Translations under genes and position numbers: made by a program
DNA from: Carcharhinus amblyrhynchos
Lineage: Eukaryota
Assembly (NCBI GenBank): GCA_965287045.1
Contig: OZ336877.1
Span: 59,706,001 to 59,770,000 of the forward strand
Direction of reading: 5' to 3'
DNA length: 64,000 nt
In this document: positions 36,871-50,200 of the stretch, one piece after another
Position numbering within the stretch: the stretch's first letter is position 1
Layout of the letters: the number at the start of each line of letters is the position of its first letter
Notes under the pieces: generated by a model
What the model saw: the letters and a program-made list of their open reading frames with translations, nothing else
Told to the model about the DNA's origin: nothing
Databases searched by the model: none

Positions 36871-37974
36871 AGGGACATTCTTAACACTGGAATTTACTAG
36901 TGATGTAGATTATGAACATAACTTACACTGAGGCCCACAGATATATTTGGAATGGGCTAGGGGAGACAATCATAATAGAAACAAGGTCAAGTCAATAGTT
37001 GTCTGCAATAGTTTGTGGAGCCAAGTGGAGAATTCCGGCTCTTCTCAATTCCACATGTAGCTGCTCTCCTATAAATTTAAAGTTCTGGGTTTTTATTTAA
37101 ACCTCCAGGGACTGGTGGTTAACACCTAGAAATATTGGTCAGAGTTTGTGCAGTGTAAGCTGTTACTCGGACTTGACCATTCTGCTCCAAGATGGTCTCA
37201 GGAATGTTACAATGAGAATTACGTTCATTCCAGACAGCTATCAAAGGATGCCAAAATATAAAGTTGCCAGCTAATTTAGCAGTGGTCAAAATGTCTATGC
37301 AGATTAGGTGCAAGCTTTGTCCTGTTAAATTGATTGTTGGTTATCATATTTTAGTTTATAAAATTGACGTGATGAAGTTAAATTTAGTCCTATGTCACTC
37401 TTTTTCAGAGAGGTGCAAGAAAATATTTTGTACAGGGCCATCACCCTCTAGGCCCATCTCAAATTAGCCACAGAAGCTCTAATCGTATTTGATTTCGACA
37501 GAGAGCAATTCGAGCATTCATGCTAAATATACTGCTGCTGCAGATGGAGTTCAAAAAGCCACAATACTCATTAAATTTATCCAGTGAGCAGCTGATCTAA
37601 ACCATAGAACCCACCAAGGTCATTGATCTGATCCACAGCTGCATTTGCTGATCTGAACTGAGGTGGAAGTTGGAATACTGAAATTGTTCTTAGTGTCTCC
37701 GCAGTGGGGATTATGAAAATTAGGCAGAGTTTCTACTCACTGCTACTGTCCAAAGGAGTGTGGATGTTAGATGAAGGCATTGTTAGGCTGGTCTGTGATG
37801 TCCCTGTACTGATTGTCAATAACCATTTGACATGAAACCACAGCTGGCACATTACTATTTGGATTTAGTATTGTGAAATGTGAAAGGGTTGATTAATAAT
37901 TAGTCTACCCCACTAAGGGGGCAAAATCCTGTGAAAAAGTAGGAGGAGAAAATAGTTAAGAAATAATAGTTTTC

Positions 37975-38280
37975 AAGTTTATTTATTAATGTCACAAGTA
38001 GGTTTACATTAACACTGCAATGAAGTTACTGTGAAAATCCCCTAGTTGCCACACTCTGGCGCCAGTTTAGGTACTCTGAGGGAGAATTTAGCATGGTCAA
38101 CACACCTAAGCAGCACATCTTTCGGACTGTGGCGGGAAATTGGAATACCCAAAGGAAACCCATGCAGAAATGGGGAAAACATGCAGACTCCAAAAAGACA
38201 ATGACCCAAGCCAGGAATTGAACCAGGGTCCCTAGTGCTGTGAGGCAGTAGTGTTAATTACTGTGCCATCATGCCACCCT
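37975..38280 (-). mobile_element. tRNA-derived SINE with the alternative tail
   Basis: Colinear with 24280-24562 and 57915-58202. Confidence 0.86.
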
Positions 38281-39149
38281 AATAACCAAAGATTGCATCT
38301 ATGTTAGTCTGTAAACTAGTGCAAATTGGTTCCAAACTAAAATAATGTTTTGAACCGGAAATAAAGTAGCATTAAGATAGCAGAAATGCAGAGTTGTTAA
38401 ATAAGGAGTATCATTGCACCAATGATTGGGGTAATACTGTATTCTCAATCATTTTTAAAAGCACATGATAAAGCAATATGAATGTTCCATTTCTTATGGA
38501 CGTTTAGATTATTGTCTTGTGCTTGCCGACATTACTTTCGTAAATAAATTTGGCCACATTTGACCAAAACAGGTTACTTTCCTTCTTTATACAATTAACA
38601 TCTTTGCTACAACTATAAACAAGATCTCCATTTTTATCAATTCAGTTAAAATGCCCACAATCACTGCTAAAAGAGCTGAAATGTACGTAAAACAATCTAT
38701 AGAAAGAAAGTCATGATGACAGTCTGAAATAGCCACTGGGCTGGATTTTTAGTAGCTGTCACTTTGATTCGCCAACCATTTCCTTAATCTGTGTAGAAAG
38801 TGGCTGTGAGGTCAGTGCCAAAATCAAACATTTTACAAAAATACATTTTTAAATGTTTTTTGCAGGAAACTCATGAAGTAAGTATTCAATGACTCGTAAT
38901 ACAATTGTAGGGGAAATGTTTTCAATGAAAAGCGTTTAACCCCATTCAGAGGTGTAAACAAATATCTATCTATATATACCAATCTTTCTATAATGCGTGT
39001 CCTGTGTGCATCTGTTCTGTATTTCTCAGCTATTACCTTACAGCATCTCCACTTGCAACACCCTTTTATAGATAAATGCTTGAACTCTACTTATACCTGA
39101 TTGAATTAAATAGTATATTCATACAACAGAAATGAACACAGAAAGGACC

Positions 39150-40400
39150 ATATATATTAGCAGGACTGAAACCACCAGAAGACAAGTTCATGGAATATGT
39201 ACAAGATAGTTTTCGAGACCAGGGTATGTCAAGGAACTAACTAGAGAACATGTGCTCTTTTGGATTTAGCATTGTGTAATGAGAAATGGTTAATTAAAAA
39301 CTTGTGTAAATGAGCGTCTGGGGAGGAGTGACTTTAATATGATGACATTTTATATTGTGTTTGCAAGTGATTTTGTGAAGCCTGAGACTTCTGCCTTAAA
39401 TCTAAATGAAGGAAATTACGTAGCTATGAGGGGTGAGTTGGCTAAAAGTAAATTAGGAAACTGCCTTAAAAAATATGACAGTAGACAAGCAATGGTTAGC
39501 ATTTAAAGATTTAATACATAATTCTCAACGATTAGACATTCCTTAAGGAATAAGACATCTACTGTAGCTAACAAGAAGAGCTAAAGATAAAATGAGATCA
39601 AAAGAAATGACTTATAATGTTATCAAAAAGTTGAATAAACTTGATGATTGGAGGGTTTTAGAATTCAGTATAAGAGGACAAAGAAATTGATGAGGAAAGA
39701 GAGTGAGAGGTATCTGGCAAAAGACATGAAAACAGACTGTAATGATTTCTACATTTAGTAGATAGGAAGAAATTACTGAAAATAAATGTGGGTCCATAAG
39801 AGGCAGAGATAAATGATGTTATAATGGAGCATGAGAAAATAGCAGAGCATTATTGTATCTATCTTCATGGTGAAAGATGTACAAACATTCTGGAACTTAA
39901 AGAAATCAATATAAATAAATATCTCAGGAAGTAATAGGACTAGGTGACAACAGAACCCCTCAATCTGATGGTCTAAATCCTATGATTTTAAAAGAGGTAA
40001 TAAAAAGAGAAAATGCTGGAAATGCCCAGCTGTTCTGGCAGCATCTATGGTGAAGGAATCAGAGTTAACAGAATCACACAGTTGTTACAGTGCTGAAAGA
40101 GGCCATTAGGCCCATTGTGTCTTATCTACTCTCCAAATGAACATTATGATTTAGAGCCATTCCCTGCTTCCTCACCACACCCTTGCACATTATTTCTGTT
40201 TAACAAATTATCTAATGCCCTCTTGAATGCCTCAACTGAATCTACCACCACCACACTTCTAGGCAGTGTATTCCAGACTTGAACCACTTGCTGCGTGAAA
40301 TTTTTTTCTTTCGCAATACATTTATTTTTTTTCACAAATTACTTTAAAGCTGTGCCCTGTCATTCTTCATCATTTTACGAGTGGGAAAAATTTCTCCTTA
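39150..40400. mobile_element. Old CR1 ORF2 fragment (+, ~39150-40000), a short PLE terminus and a CR1 3' end (-, ~40070-40400)
   Basis: Endonuclease-to-RT linker remnants, and FTQQVVQVWNTLPRSVVVVDSVEAFKRALD on the minus strand. Confidence 0.68.
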
Positions 40401-40825
40401 CCTATCCCCCCATCTGCCATGCCAAATTAATGCCCCATTGCCTCCGCCTGCTCCGGGTGGGAAACTGAATAAGATGGGTCTGGGAAATGGGAGACACCTT
40501 GAAGCCAGGTGAAAATCCTGTTTTGGCCCCAGTACCCTATTCAGTAGGCCATCAGGATTCCTGCTCGTGGCGAACTGGGCAGTGATTCCCCCCTCTCTGA
40601 TCAGCCCGTTTTATCAACAGTTCAGAAAGCAGCTCTTTGCATAATGAAGACTTGAGGAAATCAATAAAAATCCAATGTGACCTACTTGAACTTCTCTGGC
40701 ACATATAAAGAACGTCTGTAATTAATATTATGTGATTATTTATCATAAGGGATTCTGGAAAGTAGAGAAATTGTCAAGTTCAAGAGCATTTACAATTTGT
40801 TTTAAGGGCATTGCACAAACACATT

Positions 40826-40942
40826 GGGTAGAATTTTCTGCCAGTTGGATTTTCCTCTCCTGCTGAAGTCAATGGACTTTTCAATGGCTGGCTGCATTTT
40901 CCAGCCCCAACCTCTTTGTGACAGAGCCATAAAATTCAGCCC
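40826..40942. mobile_element. 117-bp Harbinger-like MITE
   Basis: TIRs GGGTAGAATTTT / AAAATTCAGCCC with 3-bp TSD ATT on both sides. Confidence 0.72.
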
Positions 40943-41547
40943 ATTAATACTCCCCACTGTTCTTCAGTGTTTGTGTTGCAGGACTGGAATATTCCAGGAG
41001 CACCAAGTGCTGCTTCTGTTTCTATCAGTGAATGAAAAGTGGTAGGATTCAGTTTCTTAGGCATTATTCCACATGACGCAGCTCCTTATCCCAGAAACTG
41101 GGGTGGGGAGGTAAACATTCTTACAGAAAGGGACAGCAAACTACAAGTGAGCCTATACAGACTGCTCTCATGCACCTCCCAGTGGCCACACTTGGGATTA
41201 ATAGATTTTGGCACCATACAGCGCAGTCCACTTCCTTCCTCAGATAAGGATTGGAGAACTGAGAGTGACAATAATTAGAAATTAAACCCGGTCTTATTTG
41301 TGTAATAGGTTTGTAGGTTTTATAAGTTCAAAAACTTTATATTATACATTTTTGGAACTCAAGATAAATTTATAATTTAAGTCATTACGAAACAAAGCAG
41401 CAAACTAGAAAGACAAGAAAAAACAGAAGAAAATTGTGTTTGTTCATTTCTATTGTTCGCTGCCATTCTGCCAATTTCAGCAGTTAGGAAACACTACTCA
41501 GGAGAGCTTACAACTGTTGAAAATTCATGGCCTAGACGTATTTCATC

Positions 41548-41745
41548 GAATCATAAAATCCCTACTCTGCAGAAGAGGCCATTTGGCCCATTGAGTCTGC
41601 ACCAACTCTCTGACAGAGCATTTTATCCAGACCCTCCTCCTCGTGCTACCCCTATAACCCCACACATTTACCATGGCTAATCCACCGAACCTAAACATCT
41701 TGGGACACTACAGGACAATTTTACATGGCCAATTCACCTCATATA
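41548..41745 (-). mobile_element. HE1-like SINE 3' half
   Basis: CCCTACTCTGCAGAAGAGGCCATTTGGCCCATTGAGTCTGCACC tail. Confidence 0.8.
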
Positions 41746-42084
41746 TTGGATTAGTTACTATTTTTGTCTTGTTAAAGTCATTGACCAGAATCCTCCAATC
41801 TTGCATGCGCTGTGACTGCTGCCAGTGAGAACGGAAAACTTGGCCCTTGACCAAACCTCCATTCACATCAGTGGGGACTGGATAATCCATAATTATCCAT
41901 GGGCGCAGTCAGAAAATTCTGAACATTATTTCTTTACTGACATATGGCAATTGTTATTTTTCCATACAGCGCGCATCTCCAAAATCGGGCGTGGGTTTAG
42001 GTGGAGTTTTGGGGGGGAGGTGGGCGCGTGTTGGTGGTTTATGATTACTAATTAGCAGCATGCAGCTATCTGCATCAATTCAGA

Positions 42085-43470
42085 TAACAGCATGGTACTT
42101 GTACATGACAGAGGCTTTAACTCCATCACTATCCCAGGATGTCACTGTGGGAGTCTCACAGGCAGTGACCATCTTCTGTGGCTTCATCTCTTTCCGTGCA
42201 TCATAATGTCAGAAATGGGGAAGTTGGTTGGTGACTGCATGTGTTCAGTTCCATTCACAATTCCTCAGATAATGAGGCAGTCCATGTCCACACACAGCAA
42301 GACCTGGACAACATCCAGGCTTGAAGTGTCCGGTAAAAGAGTCAGCTGAAAGCTATCTCCAACAAGAGATAATCTAAATATTCCCCCTTCACAACTAATG
42401 CCATTACCAAAGAACAAAGAACAACACAGCAGGGAAACAGGCCCTTCGGCCCAACGAGCCCATGCCACCATTTTAACATTATGAGTCCCCTCTCTACCCA
42501 TGGCCCTTGTCTATGCTTATAGCATTCCACATTGAGGGAAAACTAATTTAGGGACAATTTGATACACCAATCAGCCTAGGAGCACATCTTTGGGGCATCG
42601 GAGGAAACCGGTTGTACCATTATTGAATCCCCCATCATCAAAATTCTGGGGATGGTCATTAACTCACAGCCAAACCAGGCTGAGGGTAAGTGAGATTGAC
42701 TGTCCTTGACACCAAGGCAGTATTTGACCGAGTTTGGCATCCCTAACAAGAATGGGAATCAGGGAGAAATCTCTCCACTGGTTGGAGTCATACCTAGCAC
42801 AAAGGAAGATTGTTGTGATTGATCTTCTTAGTCCCTGGACATCACTGCAGAAGTTCCTTAGGTTGGTGATCCAAGCATCTTCAGCTGCTTTATCGATGAC
42901 ATTCTTTCCTTCATAAAGTCAGAAGAAGGGATGATTTCACAATGTTGAGTACCATTTGCAACTCCTCAGATACTGAAGCAGCCCATATCAATATTCAATA
43001 ATGTTCAGGCTTGGGTTGATAACAACAAGCAGCATTTGCGCCACACAAGTGCCAGGCAATGATCACCTGCAACAAGAGAGAATCGAAACATCCCCCCTTG
43101 ACATTCAACGGCATTACCATTGCTGAATCCTCCATTATCAACATCCTGGGGGTTAGCATTGGCCAGAAACTGAACTGGATGGGCCATATTAATACTATGG
43201 CTACAAGACTAGGTCAGAGGCTAGGAATCCTGTGACAGGAAACTCACCTCCTGACCAATTTTGTCCACTATCCACAAGGCACAAGTCAGGACTGTAACAG
43301 AATACTCCCCACTTGCCTGGATGAGTGTATTTCTAATAATACTCAAGAAACTTGACACCATCTAGGATAAAGCAGCCTACTTGATTAACACCTCATTTAT
43401 AACCTTCAACATTCACTCCCTCTATCACCAACACAGTGGCAGTGATGTGTACCACCTAGAAAATGGCCCT
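42085..43470 (+). mobile_element. Two overlapping-segment fragments of a CR1-group (L2/Crack-like) LINE; the first is split by a SINE at ~42410-42615
   Basis: MGIREKSLHWLESYLAQRK. The CCAACAAGAGA..CCCCTT..CA segment occurs at both ~42360 and ~43070. The SINE matches 60225-60560. Confidence 0.72.
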
Positions 43471-43764
43471 AATAACCCACGTAACCACATTTAGCGGTTT
43501 GTGTATCTTTGGGTCAGCTGATGGGGGGGAATTAAAAGAGTAAAACTCAAACTCTGACCCAAACTGCTCCAACCAAACCACTTCTAGCTTTAACCCAGGC
43601 AGCACACTGAGTGAGCAATCCATGTGCTCCAAGGAGATGGGTTGGTTCTAAAAATGTAATAATGAGGTTAAGAACTTCATTATTAATTCACTTTCCATGT
43701 TATCTTTAGGCAGCTAGGTTTCCTAATGTTTGGGAAACTTGACAGCTACATCCAGGCAACAACT

Positions 43765-43856
43765 TGACTGATCCAGTAACACCTATTCCTGAATATAGAC
43801 TGTCTGGCAGGGGAAACTTCCCCTCCAAGCACATACACTTTGCCCATGACCATGCA
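43765..43856 (+). repeat. ~92-bp direct repeat, copy 1 (copy 2 at 45441-45532)
   Basis: Shared identical 33-nt core TAGACTGTCTGGCAGGGGAAACTTCCCCTCCAA with similar flanks. Confidence 0.88.
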
Positions 43857-45232
43857 CCCTCTCCTCCTCCCCACCCTACCCCACTCTATGGCCTTCAGTA
43901 AGAGACCTCTAATCACACTCATTCCTCAAGATCTCTAATTTCAATGCAAGCTCCAACTTCCCCTCTTCCACTGAGACTTTGTCCAGTGCGCCCCCCACTC
44001 CTCACCAACACAACAATGGCCTCTGACTCCCCAGCTGAGACGTGGCTCGTTGTCGCTAGGCCTCTTATTCCTTGCCCCATGATCTCTAATCCTTTACCAT
44101 GACTCCAACATCCTTAGATCACCAGGCTTCATGCTCCCAGCACCCCACCCTCAAGGCAATCATTCCCCTTGTCTCAACCTCCAAAGCTACCAACCTCTCC
44201 ATTAGACCCTGGGGTCAGGAATGCACTGCCAGCCCCTCTCATTGACCCCTCCCAACATTTGTCTATACCATTGATTATCTTTGCCTCCTCCAACCAACTA
44301 CCACCCTGATCAAATGAATAACAGAGGTCCCAGCATTGATCACTGAAACACCCAGCCCTTAATTAAAATTAATAGCAGAAAAATCATATAGCTATTTATC
44401 AATGACTGGCTATGTATCTGCAGGAGGTGCTCCCTCTGAAAGGCTGGCCCTGCTGAAAGCAACAGATTGTGAAATCATCCCTTTAATTGCTGTGACATGA
44501 TCAATCTGTTTAACATTCCTTCACTATTCAGTTTTCATTTATGAAAAGCATTGATGGATTTGTAAAATATCCCATTAAATAATTTTGTGCATCATTTAAA
44601 TGTCACCAGAGATATGAATTAGTCTCTGTATGGGATTATTACTTCCACTTGGTGTGACTTTGTTAAACGTTTTATGCAGTTATGCGGCTTATTATTGTGA
44701 AGATGACGAAAGGGGTAAAAAATCTCATTGTACAGAATTATGTCAAATCTACAGCATAGAAAAGGCCATTTGGCCCTACCTCAACAATTCACACTGTAAA
44801 TGAGTCTTCGTCCAGCCCACTTCATCTAATCCTATTGGCAAGATGATTAACCTGGCTGAATAACTGAAGCTAGATCAGCTAACATTCTGTACAATTTTGT
44901 GTCATTGGTTATCCAACATAGAAAAGTGATCTAATTGTCCAGTCAGCAATAATGTTGGTAAGAGGTGTAGAATATGCAATTTATTGGTGCTTGTTTTGTG
45001 AATGGATCCTTCAAGGGGACATAGGAAAATGACAGACAGGAAAAGATCTATTGATCCATGTGGTCTTCTTCACAATTCACTTGACAGGAGTCCAATTATA
45101 TTGATTCAGAGAGTAACAGAGCAGGGTTTAGACAGAACATGACATGGGTTTTCAGCAAAAATATTTATCTATTTTGAAAATAATGTTATGTTAATGTCAA
45201 ATGTAGGCAGCAGAAAGGCAATAAAGACTTAC

Positions 45233-45294
45233 TTCTCCTCCTCCAATGGGGGCAACATCACTGTTAATACTTCAGGCGTGAGCCAAGACAGTGA
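45233..45294 (-). CDS. Candidate 62-nt internal exon (SLSWLTPEVLTVMLPPLEEE), unidentified gene
   Basis: Acceptor cttcttgtattttgctctgacag, donor GAA|gtaagt, only phase 0 is open. Confidence 0.38.
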
Positions 45295-47279
45295 CTGTCA
45301 GAGCAAAATACAAGAAGGAGTGGGGCAAGATACATAAACCACATTATATTTTGCTCCTGTGTTCCCTACATCCCTACAGAATACTGAAATGCAATCAGGA
45401 GGTGGAATTCTGATACTGGCCCTATTCCAGATAGTAGTACTGACTGGATCCAGCAATATCTATTCCTGGATTAGACTGTCTGGCAGGGGAAACTTCCCCT
45501 CCAAACACATACATCCTGTCCATGATCATGCAGGGTTGAAACCAACTATGGTGTCCTATTGCTATTCCTGTTACTATCACCTAACTCAGCACAGGCTGGG
45601 CTGGCCATTATGCCTGGGAGCAGCACAGGAATAGGCCTTTTATACGCCTGAATGGAGAGAAAATCTCGAAGTAAATGCATCTGCAATTTGCAGCCAGAAT
45701 GGGAGGTTGGTGAACTGAGGAAGTGCATCACTTTTGCTTCTCTTGCCAAGACTCTCCATGTCCCAGTCCAGAAAGGAGGAGGGGATGGCAGCCCAGTCTT
45801 ATTCATGCTCTGAATGATGTCTACATGGTGCGGACATTTCACACATTGGCCTGAGGGGTGGTGGGGAGCAGGGTGGGTATTGTCATTCATTCTCATGGGC
45901 TGCAGATAGCATATTCAGTCTGGGGAGGCAATTTCAGCTCATAAATGGGGAAAAGGGAATGTGGGGGCACTGGAAACACTCATGGCTGAAGTGGAGGGTG
46001 TGCAAGGTTTTCTAAGTCACACCGCGCCAGAGGCATCAGGATACAGGTGGGAAGGGTGCACAGGCAAGTCTGTGATTACAGTGGGGTTGAGGATTAGAAT
46101 GGAAAGATTGAACAGTCATGGAGTGAGGGAAACCTCAACATCCTGCTCCACCAGGCCAGTGGGAGGGAATTCCACACTTGCACAGGGAGGAGGGAGCAGG
46201 CAGGTCTCTCACTGAGGTCTCAGCATCATCATCCACATTATGAAGTGATTGATCAGCAATCAATGTGAATGAGGATGAAGGCCTCTTGAACCATTGATGC
46301 ATTGCACTGGAGGATGGAGTGAATGGTCAGCTAGCAGATGAGGAGAGATAAGACATAATGGACCATTGTGTTGGATGATCAGCCATGATCATAATGAATG
46401 GCGGAACAGGCTCAGAGGACCTAATGGCCTCCTCCTGCTCCTATCTTCTATGGACTATGTTTCTATGATGAAGACACCTGGCATGTATTTGTTGCATGTG
46501 AATGGAGCCATGGATGGGATGAGGACATGGGTTTGAGAGGATATAAGTCTGATGGAGATATGAAGGTGTGTGAGAATGAGTTGTGATGTCCCTTGAACTG
46601 GAAGCGTGTGAGATCAATGTGAATGTGTGATGGGCTTTAACTTTACCCGAGAACGTCTTATGCAGGACTTTATCAAATCCCTTCTGGAAGTTGATATTAA
46701 TAACATCAACAGGCATTCCCCTATCCACTACTTTAGTTGCTACTTAAAAAACTCAATTAGGTTTGTCAGGTATGACCAATCCTTCACAAAGCCATGCTGG
46801 TTCCCTCTGGCTCTCTCTGACAGTGAAAGTTTTTAGGTGTTCAGTCCTTAATCGTAGACTCCTGTTGATTCTCTTTGTGTGAATCAGTTCCATATTGATC
46901 AGTGCATTTACAAAAGGGGCAGCAAAAACATCTATCTGTTCATTTCCTTACATCACTTAAGAAGTCATATGAGTTTCCCAGGGGATTGATAGCTCACATA
47001 AATGCACAGTTAAATTCATGAATCACGTAGTAGCTCTTCATTGTGTATGATGCTCCTAAATGAATTTTAATGATGTGTTAAAATTCAAAGGGATCAGTCA
47101 CATACATTGGATTAAGAATGAATCCTATAAGCTTAATGCTGAAATAGCATGTCAACTGGAGGACGTGTTCCTCCAAATTTCCTGTTCAAAGTCATTAAGG
47201 GGAAGAGCTAGCCTGTAATTGATAAGTGACTAATTGATAAATAAGTAGAATTGTTTAGAGCCCAGGCAGCTGAAGGCCT

Positions 47280-50200
47280 GGGGCCCTAAGTGCTGATTCT
47301 AAGTGCCAGGCGGACTTGAAACTGGGAATGTTTCAGTTCCAACTTCTAGACCTGTTCTCAGGTGCCCCCATTTGCACTCTGCCTGAAAGGTAGCAATGAT
47401 TCTGAATGCACTGCACAAGTCCGTGGGAGTGGGTTAACGCAACTGAAATCCTGCAGCTCTGATCGCCACCTCCAACTGTGCATGTGCAGAAAAAATATGA
47501 TACAGTACCTGCCACATTGCTCCCAGGTCAGATAATGCCTCCCCCTGGCCCCCACAGACATTGCCCCATCCTCACAAAATTACTGACTGCCCTATCCCCA
47601 CCACCCAAACTGAGCATGGGCCCTCTTCCCTTCCCCTGCATCGATCTCAGGCAGAGAGATCCACTCTCCTCCCTCCAACCTACAGATATCAGACAGGGTG
47701 ATCCCCCTTACTCCCACCCCAGATCGTCCTGCACAAGGCTCCCATCTCCTCTGGACTCCAATGGCTGTGTGACACTTCCCTCTCTCTCTCTCCTCTGTCC
47801 CCAGACATTGAGTCACTGATCCACCACCTCCCCCTTCCCAACTCTGTCCCCCCACCTCCCCATCAACACACCTGCAAGTGTTCAATTGTCTTCCCCTCAA
47901 TGCTAACAAGCAAACTGCATGGAACTTGCTGGAATGCTCTGCTAATGAGAGGCAGTCCATTAAAAACTCAAGAATGGATAGGCAAGCAGGCATTCCTTCA
48001 CAAAATGTGCGCACAACCAGACCCCCGATTTCCTGAGGCGATCTGGGCAGGCTACTGGATGCAGCAGAGGCAAGGCAAGTCACCCTTTTCCCCCCAGGAG
48101 AATGCAGACCCAGGGGTCATAATGACAATGTGGCCTGAGAGGTAGTTATTCCTCCACTCACTTTGACACGTCATTGGGGGCACAAGTTTCAGGTGTGAGG
48201 GGCAAGGTTTAAAGGAGATGTTTGAGGCATGTTTATTTCTTAGCGACCATAACTGGGTGCCTGGAACTTACTTTGGGGGAAGACGTGGAGGCAGATACGA
48301 TAGTGACCTTTAAGGGCCACCTTTACAGCTACTTGAATGAGATGGGACTAGAGTCATATGGTTCCCAGAAGGGTAGGGGGTTACAAATCAGATGGCGACT
48401 ACAGGTTTGGAGGGCTGAAGGGCCTATTCCTGTGATGTAATTTTCTTTGTGCTTTATTCCACGTTCAATGGAGAAAAGTGAATCTATGTTTTGCATCCCG
48501 GATTCCTCTCCCTCCCTTGTACTTCACCTTGTGTCCTGTGCTGCAGGGACAGAACCAAATGCCCCAGGGCCTTCTGGACTCCAGGCCCTGCTGCAGCTCT
48601 CACCCATCCTGGTCCAGACAGCTCGGACGAGTCCTTGGAGGATATGGGTGAAGGGACCTCTGAGAGTGGCACCGTTTCGGTGTCAACTTCCACCTCATGA
48701 CTCACCATCCCAGACACTGACACATCGGTGGATCCAGTTAGTGGTGAGGCTTCTGCGTCACTCTCCAGTAAGCACGACACATTTGATAATATACATTGGA
48801 TGGAGGAGGGAATATCCAAGGCCTGTGGCACACAGGGGCCTGACGGAGGTGAAGACTCAGCTGCCCTCAGGCCACATGCTGGGCCTCTGAGATCACTTCA
48901 CCCTCAGATGTAGCAACAGAGCCAGGGAATGCAGGAGGGGCTGATGGCCACACTGGATCAACTGTGAAGCTGTTGGGAGGAGTCCCAAAGCTTTCAGGCA
49001 GACCAGACTGTCTTGCATGCTTCCCAAGCCAACACTGCAAGGTGGCATCTGCAGTGGAAAGCCTGGAGCAGGGGATCCTCACAGTGAGTGGCAGGCTCCA
49101 AGCGATGGCCGAATCACAATAGGCCATGGCCATAGGACTAAACAGGCTCCTCGAGATTCTGCGGCCCATGGCTGAAAGGCTTGAATGCTTGCAGGTGACC
49201 CAGTGCTGAGACACAGTAGGCTGTGGCAGCAGTCCCTGAGATAGTGGCCCAGTCACAGAGGCTTATGACTATGGGGCTGCAGAGCGTGGCCCAGTCTCAG
49301 GGCGCACTTGCTGCGGCCATTGACAGGTGGGCCCCCGACTCAGGTGGCCATTGCAGAGGGCTTGACCACCATGGGTAGTATGTAAGTGGTCCTCCGGGAC
49401 TGACAGTGCTTCTGGAGCTCACTGCAGAAGCACTGCCATCCCATGGAGTGACCCAGGGGCCCACAGGAACCCCAAGGAAGGGGGAAGGGCTCAAGCCCAT
49501 GCCAGGGCCTTCCAGCAAGGAAACTGTGGCTGTGGTTACACTCTCTGACTCCCCACCTTCCTGACACTGGGGCATTTCAGGGTTGGAGAGGGTGTCATGG
49601 AAACATTCCAGACAGCTGAAAGTAGGCTAGGACACTCAAGGTCCAGGGCCTCGAGAGGACACCTCCTCTTCAGTTCCAGCAGAACAGTTCCAAAAGAACA
49701 GCAAGATCGATTGGTTGCATCGCAAAAGCCATCTCTTCATTCTGAAGGGATTAGGGGGCAGGTTTGGAGATGGAGAGGAACTCGTGTAGAGGGTAAGGAA
49801 TGCTGCTTGACCCAGCCCATCAACAGTCACTGTCCATGCCCCCAATTCCCCCAGCCACATACTCCCCACAATCACAGCCCCCCAATTCCCCCAGCCACAT
49901 GCTCCCCACAATCACAGCCCCCCAATTCCCTCAGCCACACACTCCCCACAATCACAGCCCCCCCAATCCCCCCAGCCACATACTCCCCACAATCACAGCC
50001 CCCCCCCCAATTCCCTCAGCCACATGCTCCCCACAATCACAGGCCCCCCAATTCCCCCAGCCACATGCTCCCCACAATCACAGCCCCCCAATTCCCTCAG
50101 CCACACACTCCCCACAATCACAGCCCCCCCAATCCCCCCAGCCACATACTCCCCACAATCACAGCCCCCCCCCCAATTCCCTCAGCCACATGCTCCCCAC

